In this document: one piece after another, positions 20,113 to 29,730 of the stretch
Position numbering within the stretch: the first letter of the stretch is position 1
Layout: every line of letters begins with the position of its first letter
Notes under the pieces: model-generated
Database searches by the model: none
Told to the model about the DNA's origin: nothing
The model's input: only the letters and a program-made list of their open reading frames with translations
Program-made: the position numbers and the translations under genes
IMG/VR virus record: IMGVR_UViG_3300008117_000011
Location: 1-64,000 of that record
Strand: one strand, 5' to 3'
Length of the DNA: 64,000 nucleotides

Positions 20113-20550
20113 TTATTTTTCTAGTATTTTAAATATTTCATACATATCCATACCTTCGTTTGCAAGTTTTTTTGCCATTTCAAAAAAAGACTTTGCTTCG
20201 TCTGGATTTTCAGATATTCTCAATACTTGGTCTGGTACATCCTCATCAACACCAAATTCTATTTGTGGGAAATATATTGTATAATCACCATAATATGGGT
20301 CAAACGCAACAGAAATTTCAATACCATTTACGATGTCCTTATCACGATAATTTTCTTTTTTTTCTTCAGAACCAAATTCCGGATTATTAACATCAAAATC
20401 AATATCTTCATTGATTAATGGTTTAACATTTCCAAGTTGTGATTCAAGGAGTCTTTTAAAATTTTTAACATCAATTGTCTTTTCACCATTATATTGTTCA
20501 AGGATTCTATTTTTTTCATCCGAACTTAAATCATTTAATATATGTTTCAT
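20113..20550 (-). CDS. Leader-tagged hypothetical protein
   Basis: DEKNRILEQY...LLESQLGNVKPLINE. Confidence 0.75.
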   Translation of the reverse strand: MKHILNDLSSDEKNRILEQYNGEKTIDVKNFKRLLESQLGNVKPLINEDIDFDVNNPEFGSEEKKENYRDKDIVNGIEISVAFDPYYGDYTIYFPQIEFGVDEDVPDQVLRISENPDEAKSFFEMAKKLANEGMDMYEIFKILEK

Positions 20551-20581
20551 AATAATATTTTACTAATAAATATCTATAAGT

Positions 20582-20908
20582 TTAGTATTCTTCTTTATGA
20601 AGGGCGTAATAAAGTTTAAGATGTTTTTCATACACTTTTTTAATTACTGGAATAAGACCTTTCCATAAATCAATAGTTTTTTCTTCACCAATTGTATCAA
20701 TCTCATCATCTTTATATTCGTAAACAAATTCAACAATTGAATACTCAAGCACCAAATCAATATACTGGTCAGCATTTGGTGCGTTCCAGGTTTCGGCATT
20801 TTCACTTATAAACTTATGAAGATTTTTAAAATCTTCTTCATTTAATCTACGAAGTAAATCTCTTGGGATTTCATTAAAGTATGGTCTATATGCATCTATT
20901 CCTTTCAT
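20582..20908 (-). CDS. 'RR' helical family protein without leader
   Basis: IPRDLLRRLNEEDF, paralogue of 23777 and 24255. Confidence 0.7.
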   Translation of the reverse strand: MKGIDAYRPYFNEIPRDLLRRLNEEDFKNLHKFISENAETWNAPNADQYIDLVLEYSIVEFVYEYKDDEIDTIGEEKTIDLWKGLIPVIKKVYEKHLKLYYALHKEEY

Positions 20909-20912
20909 AATA

Positions 20913-21239
20913 TTAACGTACTGAATCAAGTCTTACTGTAAAAATAATAACTTCCCACTCTGTACCATATGAACCAAGGTTTAGTTTGAAAGTTTTATTT
21001 AACTCTTGTACTACTTCTTTTCCGAAATCCCCAACATATTCCCATCTCTTAGCAATGTTTCCTTCACCGACTTTGTAAGGATCTATAACAACCTCAAGAA
21101 CGTTTTTATCAATAATTTCACCATCAAATTTTTTAATTGGGTATGTACTATACCTAACACCTTTGACATATGGGAATCTCATCTTTAAGTACTTTCCTAT
21201 TGATCCGGCAAGTTTGCTTTCGGTTATTATATATTTCAT
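20913..21239 (-). CDS. Leader-tagged hypothetical protein
   Basis: Start re-called at MKYIITESKL. Confidence 0.75.
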   Translation of the reverse strand: MKYIITESKLAGSIGKYLKMRFPYVKGVRYSTYPIKKFDGEIIDKNVLEVVIDPYKVGEGNIAKRWEYVGDFGKEVVQELNKTFKLNLGSYGTEWEVIIFTVRLDSVR

Positions 21240-21319
21240 ATACGATAAATACTTTAAATTGTTGATAATTTTGTTGGTTCTAATAGATAATTTGGTTTTC
21301 ATAATTTCTATTATTAAAT

Positions 21320-21346
21320 AAAAAACCCCTCCGGTTAGAGGGGGAT
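21320..21346 (-). terminator. Repeated intrinsic terminator (copy 3)
   Basis: CCCCTCCGGTTAGAGGGGG. Confidence 0.75.
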
Positions 21347-21365
21347 TAATATTATTAAGATTAAA

Positions 21366-21935
21366 TTACCTTTTTCTTTTTCCTTTATAAGTAATTGTAA
21401 CTGTTCTCATACAGCCTTTACCTGTCTTCTTCTTCTTTGGTATCCGGCTTGTTAGTTTAACAATTGCAACAATTAATATTGTAAGAACAATTACACCAAT
21501 TGCAACCCAAGCCCATAGTGGTGCTGTAATGCCGGCAATTGTTGTACCAACGGCCGCCGCAGCAATAGTTTCGGCCTGTTCATTTGTTTCACCACTTTGT
21601 CCTTCTGTTTTTTGTTTATATTCTGATAAAAATGATTTTAATCCTTCTCTATCACCAGAATTAAAAAGTTGTTTAATTTTTTCTCTTACTTTAGTTAAAA
21701 GTTCTTCCGCTTGTGGTTTTAAATTTAAACTTACACCAGCCCCAACCTCATCTAAAGAACAAGATTCTGCCTCATTTTGTAAATCAACATCAATTTCAGT
21801 TCCAAGTTCCTGACCTAATTTATCATATGAGTCTTCAGTGAAAATTGGGTCACCCTCAACTTCCATTAATAATCTTTTTTCAAGACGCATATTCACTTCC
21901 TGAATATGTCTTATTTTGCTATAACTTTTATTCAT
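21366..21935 (-). CDS. C-terminally membrane-anchored protein
   Basis: MNKSYSKIRHIQEVN...LLME leader; TM helix followed by a basic tail. Confidence 0.75.
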   Translation of the reverse strand: MNKSYSKIRHIQEVNMRLEKRLLMEVEGDPIFTEDSYDKLGQELGTEIDVDLQNEAESCSLDEVGAGVSLNLKPQAEELLTKVREKIKQLFNSGDREGLKSFLSEYKQKTEGQSGETNEQAETIAAAAVGTTIAGITAPLWAWVAIGVIVLTILIVAIVKLTSRIPKKKKTGKGCMRTVTITYKGKRKR

Positions 21936-21963
21936 AATAATTTTTATTTATAAATATAAATAC

Positions 21964-22377
21964 TTAGAAAGATACGTTTTCGGCTTCCATCCCAAACTCT
22001 TTATTAAACCATTCAATAACGTAAAGCATTTTATCATCACCAAAAACAGTTTCAAGTCTTTCAAAAACCAATCTAAAAAGTTCTAAAGTTCTTTCACCTT
22101 CATAATATCTACAATAAGAGACTCCGGTTTTCTTATCTTTATATTCAATGGATCTTACGTGACGAAGTTCATTACCATAAGAATCTCTACCTTCAAAATA
22201 GTGTTTTATCTTTTCGGTATTTTTTTTAGTAAACCCCGGAAAATTCATTTTCATAAATCTTCCAATCATACGAACATTTTTTTCAAGCTCAGCGTAAAAA
22301 TCATCCTCTTCTTCAGATAAAACCTTTTTTACAATTCTATTTATATCCGATTCAGAAAGGTTTATAATATTTTTCAT
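21964..22377 (-). CDS. Leader-tagged hypothetical protein
   Basis: MKNIINLSESDINRIVKKVLSEE. Confidence 0.8.
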   Translation of the reverse strand: MKNIINLSESDINRIVKKVLSEEEDDFYAELEKNVRMIGRFMKMNFPGFTKKNTEKIKHYFEGRDSYGNELRHVRSIEYKDKKTGVSYCRYYEGERTLELFRLVFERLETVFGDDKMLYVIEWFNKEFGMEAENVSF

Positions 22378-22399
22378 ATATCAATAAATATATGACTAG

Positions 22400-23140
22400 T
22401 TAGAACTTACCAATTAAGTTAATATAGATATCTAGTTTGTCCTGATCTGTAATCTCTGGTGTTATAACATTGGAAATTTTAAAGTTAACTTCACCATTTA
22501 CAAGGTTTGATCTGTAGTACATACGAACAACGGTTCCATTTTTGTAATAAACATCAATTGTCCCATTACGACTATCAATAGCCTCGTGTCCCGGAAATCT
22601 TTTTTTAGCCACTTCAAGAGCCAAGTTAAGTTTATTTTGATGGTCCACAATTGAATTGTGTGCTCTATGAAGACTTTCAATCTCTTCATTAACTCTTTTA
22701 ATTAAACCTTTGGCTGATTTATAGTAAGTTGGCTTACCATAATTCATCTCAAGTTTAATTTTAAATCCGTGGTTTGTCGTACTAAAAGACCTTCTACCAT
22801 TATTTGTTTTATGCTCTTCAACACTAACATTAAAGTAAGCTCTTTGAGTTTCAGGAATTTTACCAACAAAACTAATTTGACAATGGTTCCACTCTTTTGA
22901 AACTTTGTCAACAACGGTTAATTTCCCATTTGGGTGTCTATAGTTAACATTCTGAGAATAAAACCTTTTTGTTTTAGTTAACGTAAAATCAGAAGACAAT
23001 TTTTGAATTTCAGAAAAGAACTTATCGTACTCCTTTTCAATAGTATTAAAAACATCAATATGAAAATCAACTTTTTTTGTAACACGATTTTTCTCTTCAA
23101 TTACGATGTCCCTTACTGATTTTGTTGTCTCTGTTGTCAT
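22400..23140 (-). CDS. Hypothetical protein, probably early
   Basis: 246 aa, no leader, host-type promoter upstream. Confidence 0.75.
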   Translation of the reverse strand: MTTETTKSVRDIVIEEKNRVTKKVDFHIDVFNTIEKEYDKFFSEIQKLSSDFTLTKTKRFYSQNVNYRHPNGKLTVVDKVSKEWNHCQISFVGKIPETQRAYFNVSVEEHKTNNGRRSFSTTNHGFKIKLEMNYGKPTYYKSAKGLIKRVNEEIESLHRAHNSIVDHQNKLNLALEVAKKRFPGHEAIDSRNGTIDVYYKNGTVVRMYYRSNLVNGEVNFKISNVITPEITDQDKLDIYINLIGKF

Positions 23141-23156
23141 ATCCGTTTATTTTTAA

Positions 23157-23187
23157 CAAATATACAAAATACATTTGACTTTCCAAA
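23157..23187 (-). promoter_or_regulatory. Bacteroidota-type promoter
   Basis: TTTG-N19-TATATTTG on minus strand. Confidence 0.7.
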
Positions 23188-23265
23188 ATATTTTTAAAAA
23201 AGAAACCTCATCTTTTTGGGATGAGGTCGGTCCGGCAATACTATCACCAGAGTGGTTTTTATAAT

Positions 23266-23646
23266 TTATTTATATTGTGACCACCTATCTTCGTCACTAT
23301 TCCCTCTTGGTCTCATTGGTCTTGGTTCAGGATCTCTTGGGGTACATCTATTTCTTTTAAATCTTCTTATTTTTCCACCACAAAGACTAAATTCATCAGA
23401 TCTCTCAACTCCATCAACTCTTTGAGTACCAAGTGCCCTGTTTAATAAATCCCACTTTTCTTCCATAACATTAATTTCAGAACAACTTGCAGATTCAATC
23501 ATTGAAACTTCATCACATAAAGAGTCAATTTCATCCATAAATTCACCGCTATTCATTTTAGAATATTTATGATGTTCATTTTCTTTAATAACCCTTTTAA
23601 CAATACGGGTTAAATCTGATTCAGTTAGTCTAATTACTTTTTTCAT
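23266..23646 (-). CDS. Leader-tagged hypothetical protein
   Basis: MKKVIRLTESDLTRIVKRVIKE. Confidence 0.8.
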   Translation of the reverse strand: MKKVIRLTESDLTRIVKRVIKENEHHKYSKMNSGEFMDEIDSLCDEVSMIESASCSEINVMEEKWDLLNRALGTQRVDGVERSDEFSLCGGKIRRFKRNRCTPRDPEPRPMRPRGNSDEDRWSQYK

Positions 23647-23776
23647 AATAATAAATATATCGTAAAATAAAAAACCCTCCGGCTGGAGGGTCTATGATGA
23701 GGTTTTATTTTTTAAATTGTTTATTATACCTCATCAACTGAAATATAAAAAATGATTTAAATATGGAAATGAAAAA

Positions 23777-24151
23777 TTATTGAATATCATTAAATCCATC
23801 TAGAATTATTGAATGATATATCTTTTCAAGATGGGGAATTAGCTGCCAGTACATATCAAAAACTCTATCCCTACTGTCATCGTTATAGACCATCCCATAC
23901 TCCGGGTCCATCTCGGTCTCAATTTCATCATCCTTTCTTTCAACAACAAACTCGTGAAGGGTACCGGCAATTATATCATATGAATAACCCTCAAAATCTT
24001 TTTTATAAGTATAATTTTTACCACCACTAATATTTTTATGAATTCTTCTTTCAATCCACTCAAGATCCTCCGTTGTTAATCTTCTTTTAAGATACACCGG
24101 AATACCTGAAAATAAAAGTTTGCTCTGGGATTCGGTTATAATGATTTTCAT
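23777..24151 (-). CDS. Leader-tagged 'RR' family protein
   Basis: MKIIITESQ...IPVYLKRRL; paralogue of 24255. Confidence 0.8.
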   Translation of the reverse strand: MKIIITESQSKLLFSGIPVYLKRRLTTEDLEWIERRIHKNISGGKNYTYKKDFEGYSYDIIAGTLHEFVVERKDDEIETEMDPEYGMVYNDDSRDRVFDMYWQLIPHLEKIYHSIILDGFNDIQ

Positions 24152-24254
24152 ATAAAATAAATATATTATAAACAATTAAAAAAAACGGCCCCCGCGAAAA
24201 AAAGACGGACGAAGTCCGGGTCCGGTTTATGTTAGGATTACAAAAGGAAGAAAA

Positions 24255-24620
24255 TTAGTTATATTGTTTCCAAATTTCATATAGTTTGTCACGATACATT
24301 TCAATTAGAAGCGGTGTCAAATCTTTATATAGTTCAACAACCTTATTAAAACTACTCTCATAAAACATTTCACCATAATCTGGATCAATAAAGGTTTCAA
24401 TTTCATCACCCTTTCTTTCCGTAACAAATTCGGTTATGGTATAACCAACAACATTATTAACAAAAGTCTCAAAACTAACATTTGCCGGTTCATAACGGGC
24501 CATACTGGGAATTTTATGTTCAATATAATCAAAATCATCAGCCGTTAATCGTCTCATTAGTGTGGGGGATAATTTACCTACTAGAGATTTGTGTTGTGAT
24601 TCTGTTATAATGATTTTCAT
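24255..24620 (-). CDS. Leader-tagged 'RR' family protein
   Basis: MKIIITESQ...LMRRL...EFVTERKGDEIET..DP.YG. Confidence 0.8.
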   Translation of the reverse strand: MKIIITESQHKSLVGKLSPTLMRRLTADDFDYIEHKIPSMARYEPANVSFETFVNNVVGYTITEFVTERKGDEIETFIDPDYGEMFYESSFNKVVELYKDLTPLLIEMYRDKLYEIWKQYN

Positions 24621-24639
24621 ATTACAAAAAAAATTTTAG

Positions 24640-24834
24640 TTAATTTAATAATCTAAACCTTAATAGTGGTTTTCCATTAATTGTAATATCCCCCTTGTCA
24701 TTTTTGCCAATGGTTTTAACAACAACCTTTTTGTTTTTAAATTTCCCACCCATAAGAGTGTCACCAACCTTAATATCAAGTTTAATCATTTCCAGGATGT
24801 TTTTATATTGTCTTTCAGTTAGGATGATTTTCAT
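24640..24834 (-). CDS. Leader-tagged KOW/SH3-like small basic protein
   Basis: MKIILTERQYKNILE then IKVGDTLMGGKFKNKKVVV. Confidence 0.7.
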   Translation of the reverse strand: MKIILTERQYKNILEMIKLDIKVGDTLMGGKFKNKKVVVKTIGKNDKGDITINGKPLLRFRLLN

Positions 24835-24906
24835 ATAAGATAAATATTAGATTAAATAAAAAACCCCACTCTTTAGGGAATGGGGATTTAAATTAATAGG
24901 TTAGGA

Positions 24907-25263
24907 TTACTTTGATGTGTGGGTTCTTAAACAATAAGCTCCCCACGCTCCCAGTCCCAAAATAAATGGAACAAGAACACCTTGTCCTCCCATCATAGAT
25001 AAGTGGATTGCCACAGCACCTGACAGATAAGAGGAAAGAAGTACCACACCATACTTAGCCGTTCTTGGAATAATGAGCAAAACAACCCCAAGTAGTTCCA
25101 CAACACCAAGCAATGCCAGGTAAGGTAGTAGATTCATAAATGTAAAGTTGTCAACCATTTCTTTGGTTCCAATAAGTTTGGACACCGCGGACATTCCCAG
25201 CATAAAGGAAACCAGAACGGTTAATAACCATCCCAAGTTTTTAAGTGTAAGATATTTTTTCAT
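24907..25263 (-). CDS. DoxX-family membrane protein
   Basis: Four TMs; SAVSKL...LGVVELLG.VLLIIPRT...GAVAIH. Confidence 0.8.
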   Translation of the reverse strand: MKKYLTLKNLGWLLTVLVSFMLGMSAVSKLIGTKEMVDNFTFMNLLPYLALLGVVELLGVVLLIIPRTAKYGVVLLSSYLSGAVAIHLSMMGGQGVLVPFILGLGAWGAYCLRTHTSK

Positions 25264-25369
25264 ATTAACAATTATATTAAATTTGTTTTGTTATGTAAAG
25301 ACCCATTTTCCAAAAATTTTTTTTTGAATAATAGGTTATTTTCTAGAAGGGGGGTCGTGTTTCTGGTAA

Positions 25370-25549
25370 TTACAAACGAGATGCTGTTTCCATAAGGAAT
25401 CTTAATTTGTTTTCTAGTTCCCTAATCTCATTTAATTGTTTTTGATTTAACTCAATTGATTCCCCCTTTATTGAAGAGATTTGATTCTGAGTTTTTGTAT
25501 ATTCATACATTAGTTGATTATACTGCCGTGCTTTTAGTTCGTTATCCAT
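25370..25549 (-). CDS. Small coiled-coil protein, 59 aa
   Basis: MDNELKARQY...ASRL read by hand. Confidence 0.55.
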   Translation of the reverse strand: MDNELKARQYNQLMYEYTKTQNQISSIKGESIELNQKQLNEIRELENKLRFLMETASRL

Positions 25550-25627
25550 AATTTATATATAGTTTATAAAAATAAAAAGGAAATAAAAAACCCCTCCGGT
25601 TATTGAAGGGGGGGATTAAAAGATAAA

Positions 25628-26374
25628 TTAAAAATCCAATGAGTTCTTTTTTATATCCCTATTTATGTGTGAACAAAGGGGTTGAAGGTTAGTATAATGG
25701 TTTAAACGAATAACATCTTCTTCTGTATTTGCAGAAGATACAGGTATTATATGATCAATGTCCCAACCATAACATTGTTGACCATTATATAATCCATGAT
25801 TATCCCAAGACATCCATGGATCAAACTTTGATTCAAGGTATAATTTGAAATCTTCGTAGGAACAACATAGTATTTCAATTGATTTAGAATTTTTCCTATG
25901 ATTTAATTTTTTTAATGATTTCAAAATTGTAACCCTACATTTATGTTTTAATTTAAAAATAATATCAGTATCGTATTTGTTTTTTACATAGATATTATTT
26001 TTAATTCTAAGTGATTCTTTGTTCTTTTCTTTATAAAGTTTAATTTGTTCTTTATTGTTTTTATTATAAAATTTAGTATATTCTTTTATTTTATCGTTAT
26101 TTAATTTTTTGTAGTTTTTTTTATAATCTTTTAATTTATTTCCATTATTTTTTAGGTACAACTTATTTTGTTCTTTGTAATAATTTAAATTATTGTAATA
26201 ATATTTTTTTCTTTTTTGTTTTATTGTTTCCTTATTTAGTTGGTAATTTTCTTTTTGCATGTTTTTATTGCATATTATACAATGTGCATACGTCCCCATT
26301 TTTCCTGTTTTTTTCTTGTAGTATTCCGACAACACCTTTTCCTCACCACATTTTGTACAAGTCTTCTTTTCCAT
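25628..26374 (-). CDS. HNH homing-endonuclease-like protein
   Basis: N-terminal CxxC pairs, K/Y-rich repeats, WDIDHIIP...NHYTNLQPLCSHIN. Confidence 0.85.
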   Translation of the reverse strand: MEKKTCTKCGEEKVLSEYYKKKTGKMGTYAHCIICNKNMQKENYQLNKETIKQKRKKYYYNNLNYYKEQNKLYLKNNGNKLKDYKKNYKKLNNDKIKEYTKFYNKNNKEQIKLYKEKNKESLRIKNNIYVKNKYDTDIIFKLKHKCRVTILKSLKKLNHRKNSKSIEILCCSYEDFKLYLESKFDPWMSWDNHGLYNGQQCYGWDIDHIIPVSSANTEEDVIRLNHYTNLQPLCSHINRDIKKNSLDF

Positions 26375-26379
26375 AAAAA

Positions 26380-26411
26380 CAAATATAAGAAATTATGAAA
26401 AAATTTCCAAA
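26380..26411 (-). promoter_or_regulatory. Bacteroidota-type promoter for HNH gene
   Basis: TTTG-N20-TATATTTG, 5 nt before ATG. Confidence 0.65.
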
Positions 26412-26671
26412 AATTTTTATTTCACTTTTACCCCTTTTTTTATCTATGTAGATTTTATGGGAAAAAATAAACATAGATACATCATATGTTTATCAAATGA
26501 ACATTCCCAAATTTTCTGAAAAAATTTCCCAAAAATTTTTTGCGAATATTTCATTTAAGGGATTGAGCCCCCTTATTGGGTGTCAAAATGTCATATATGG
26601 GGGGGATACCGGAGGGGGGAGGGGGTCATTATGTCATAAGGGTATAGGGGGGAGGGGGTATAAGGACCCTA

Positions 26672-26700
26672 TTGACAAATGTGAACTGATTGTTTACTAT
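26672..26700 (+). promoter_or_regulatory. TTGACA-N17-TACTAT sigma70-consensus promoter
   Basis: Read directly; ATG at 26707. Confidence 0.5.
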
Positions 26701-26706
26701 TGTAAT

Positions 26707-26868
26707 ATGTTTACAATGTTATTCCTAGTTATTGGTTTGATCTCCCTAATGTTCTGGGGGATGGTCATTATGTCAGTTCTTATTTTAAAGTATGGGAAAA
26801 AGGATGGGTATCTTTACCGGTGGGTTAATAGAAATATTATAACTGATAAGGACCTGGAGCAATCTTAG
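26707..26868 (+). CDS. Small single-TM protein
   Basis: MFTMLFLVIGLISLMFWG...; the upstream part of the track ORF crosses G-tracts and is probably non-coding. Confidence 0.55.
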   Translation: MFTMLFLVIGLISLMFWGMVIMSVLILKYGKKDGYLYRWVNRNIITDKDLEQS

Positions 26869-27332
26869 ATATCGTAGTCTGCTTCAGTAACCTCCGTATC
26901 ATATGGATCAACATTATATGGGTCTATATGCCAGGGACTTATGTATCCATCCCCTTCCAGGGTGTTAAGATAACTTCTTTCAACAATATCATTTGCAAGA
27001 TATGTGGGAAGTTTTATTTCCCTTGTTTCTACTTGGTGTACTACAATTGTTGCCACGTGATCTATTCTATCTACCGTAAACTCCGGTCTGTATACACCCT
27101 CTGAGAAATCATTTCCATTTAATACAAAACACATAAAGATATATTCCATATCAAGTCTTTCTAGTTCACCACCGAAAGGGCCGGCAATCTTTTTATAGTT
27201 TGGGGTCTCCTCAGTCATTTCAAAATAGAACTCTTCAATATTTGTTATTGAATCCTCATATACACTTAATACATAATTTAAGTATTTCTTAAGTTGGGAT
27301 TCCCCTAGTCTTTCAAGTCTTGATTTTTCCAT
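26865..27332 (-). CDS. Acidic hypothetical protein, paralogue of 27335
   Basis: LKKYL...PFG...MEYIF...YRP pattern shared. Confidence 0.75.
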   Translation of the reverse strand: MEKSRLERLGESQLKKYLNYVLSVYEDSITNIEEFYFEMTEETPNYKKIAGPFGGELERLDMEYIFMCFVLNGNDFSEGVYRPEFTVDRIDHVATIVVHQVETREIKLPTYLANDIVERSYLNTLEGDGYISPWHIDPYNVDPYDTEVTEADYDI

Positions 27333-27334
27333 AG

Positions 27335-27832
27335 TTATATTTCGTATATATCATAAAATTCTGAATCAAAGTAACCAAGGTCATCATCATCAGTGTCTAC
27401 TATCTCCCCATCATATATTTTAAACCAGTCACTCATTTCAAGTAAGTTAACGTACTCACTATCTGCATCACCCGGGTCTAAAAAAGATACTATGTCTTGT
27501 GTATATGTATCAGTTATCCTTACTTGTCTTTTAACTTCGTGTGTAACAGAGTATGATCTTTTCTTGGGAATATATAAATCTTCTTCAGTTTCATTTCCGT
27601 GCGTTATGTTTTCAATTAGAAACGCCCAGATAAATTCTAACATTAACCTCATCTCAGTTTTTTCCCACTGAAGGTTTTGTTTTCCAAATGGGGTCAATAA
27701 GAATGTGGTGTCAGCCTCGTCAATAAATGAATTAAATGATGAATAGTCAGATGGAAAGTCAATCCCCTTTGATTTAAAATACTTTTCACATACCTCCAGG
27801 TATTTTAAAAGCATCCTTTTTGAGTAGTCCAT
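27335..27832 (-). CDS. Acidic hypothetical protein, paralogue of 26865
   Basis: LLKYL...PFG...LEFIW...YIP. Confidence 0.75.
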   Translation of the reverse strand: MDYSKRMLLKYLEVCEKYFKSKGIDFPSDYSSFNSFIDEADTTFLLTPFGKQNLQWEKTEMRLMLEFIWAFLIENITHGNETEEDLYIPKKRSYSVTHEVKRQVRITDTYTQDIVSFLDPGDADSEYVNLLEMSDWFKIYDGEIVDTDDDDLGYFDSEFYDIYEI

Positions 27833-27853
27833 TTATTATATGATAGTAAAAAA

Positions 27854-27968
27854 TTATCCCCACAACTTAGTGTAAGGTTTACATTTGTTAATTGTTTTTG
27901 AACCCATCTTAATCTTTACGTATCACCGGGACTCCTGATTAACTAATTCCCTACCGTGGGGAAAATAA
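27854..27968 (-). ncRNA. Candidate structured small RNA
   Basis: ORF-free; TATTTAT immediately upstream on minus strand; ends pair (TCCCCAC 27857-63 / GTGGGGA 27956-62); T-run at 3' end. Confidence 0.35.
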
Positions 27969-28020
27969 GTTCTATTATAAATATACGAAACTCAAATAAA
28001 TTTTGTATCTTTGTAGTATT

Positions 28021-28305
28021 ATGCCACATAGAAAAATAGAAGCCGTTTTATCTTCAGCTGAAAATGCCTGTCACCAGATTGTTAGAAAAGATTTAACCGG
28101 AAAGAAAATTCAGATAGTTGAACTTAATAACAAATTCACAGCAATTGTTAAATCAGTTGACTTTGTAAAAATTGATGGTCCAAGACATATTCTTCTTTAT
28201 CTTACCCTTGATTTTGATGGTGATATTTTAGTTACAAGACAGCACCTTAGCTGCATTAAAGTTCTTTCAGATAATCATCAAGAACCTTCCTTGAGTGTGT
28301 CTTAA
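28021..28305 (+). CDS. Hypothetical protein
   Basis: Start re-called at MPHRK after TATCTTTG. Confidence 0.6.
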   Translation: MPHRKIEAVLSSAENACHQIVRKDLTGKKIQIVELNNKFTAIVKSVDFVKIDGPRHILLYLTLDFDGDILVTRQHLSCIKVLSDNHQEPSLSVS

Positions 28306-28555
28306 TAATATAATTTATTTTCTGTAGATCCTCAGCTCCCGTTATATGACCAACCTGGTATAAACACTCAATGATATCCTCCATATCAGTTTTTACTAGA
28401 AGGTATATTTCCTTTTTAAATTTTTTAATGTTTCCGGATATGACACATCTCTCATACTCACAAGTCCCGGAATATCCCTGGTACACATAAACTATAGTTA
28501 TAATACCATTCTCTGACACAATGTCAGTTGAAAAAATGTTCATTATCTCCATCAT
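28256..28555 (-). CDS. Hypothetical protein
   Basis: 99 aa; TATTTAT upstream. Confidence 0.6.
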   Translation of the reverse strand: MMEIMNIFSTDIVSENGIITIVYVYQGYSGTCEYERCVISGNIKKFKKEIYLLVKTDMEDIIECLYQVGHITGAEDLQKINYIIKTHSRKVLDDYLKEL

Positions 28556-29180
28556 AAATTGGGGTTTTGTTAATAAATATTTGTTAATTTTCTTGATTTT
28601 GTCAAAATGTCAGTCTCGTGTTAAACACCACACAATCCCCTTCCCCACTTTATTACCACTTTCTACCACCATTACACTCCCACTTTTTACCACACAATCA
28701 TTGTTTTAAATAGCTAAAAGAAGGATTTATCCCCTCTGTGGGTATCTAAAACAACACTTTTTTAAGTATACACATTTCCCAGTAAAAAGTGTATAGTTAT
28801 ATCCCCAGTGGCGTGGATAGACATTTATGTTGTTTAAATAGCTATTTACTGATCTTCAACCGGCAAACTTTAGTTGGTCCATAAGACATTTTGTTGGTAT
28901 ATTTTAAAGCAATAATAAACATATAATACTTAGTGGTAAATTGTGGGACAAGTTAAAATCATTAATGATTTCCATAGTGTCCCCTCACTTATTTACTTAT
29001 ATGTTCCTTTCATTAATTCCTTAAATAATAACTGTGTTATATGTAAATGAATATACTTTAGAACAACTAATATGTTACTTATTTGCTTACCTTACTTATT
29101 ACACAAAATGCGTTACACAAAATGTAGAATGGGGGACTATGTAAAGATGGGGGAAAAAGATTATAACATATGAGTGAATG

Positions 29181-29210
29181 AAAAAGGAGACCGGTTTGAG
29201 GTCTCCCTTT
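29181..29210. terminator. Intrinsic terminator
   Basis: AAAAGGAGACC...GGTCTCCCTTT; related hairpin at 32325-32354. Confidence 0.6.
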
Positions 29211-29258
29211 GTAATGAGTGAGTGTGTTGTAATGTTTTTACCTAACAATTTCTTTTAT

Positions 29259-29729
29259 CTAATCTATTTCTTCATCCTCACCATTCACTATTTGTTCGGA
29301 ATCTAATACCACCGTTACACTTCTACCAGCAAATGCAGGTTCCCAGGATGCCATTGTTCTAAATGGAAAAAACTTATTCATTTCATCACGTAATGTACTT
29401 ACAAGCCAAGATTCCATATTACTGGTCGGATTATTTGTGTTAAAATGTATTTTAATTCTTACTTTATCTGGTCTATCTTTATTAATTTCTAAATGTAATA
29501 TATCAACATCTTCTATATCTGCATGATAAATAAAACTTTTAACCAACATCTCCTGGGTTTTTAAATCATTTAAATCAAGGTTTAATACCTTTGATAAATT
29601 ATCTATCCCACCAACCGCTTTTGATGTTCTAACAACTCCTAGTGTTTTAATCATATTAGTTAACCTATCTTGACCTTTTTGTGATGTCTCTTCCCTTAAT
29701 ATTCTTCTTATGGATTCATGTATATTCAT
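29259..29729 (-). CDS. MNLQE-leader protein
   Basis: MNIHESIRRILREETS; KAVGGIDNL module. Confidence 0.8.
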   Translation of the reverse strand: MNIHESIRRILREETSQKGQDRLTNMIKTLGVVRTSKAVGGIDNLSKVLNLDLNDLKTQEMLVKSFIYHADIEDVDILHLEINKDRPDKVRIKIHFNTNNPTSNMESWLVSTLRDEMNKFFPFRTMASWEPAFAGRSVTVVLDSEQIVNGEDEEID

Positions 29730-29730
29730 A

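Noticed and set aside
24181-24230. GC-rich intergenic patch as an ncRNA
   Set aside because: Too short; only a weak GGAC/GTCC stem, consistent with a terminator remnant.
26497-26706. N-terminal part of the 123 aa ORF
   Set aside because: It translates the G-tract island; a promoter and ATG at 26707 fit better.
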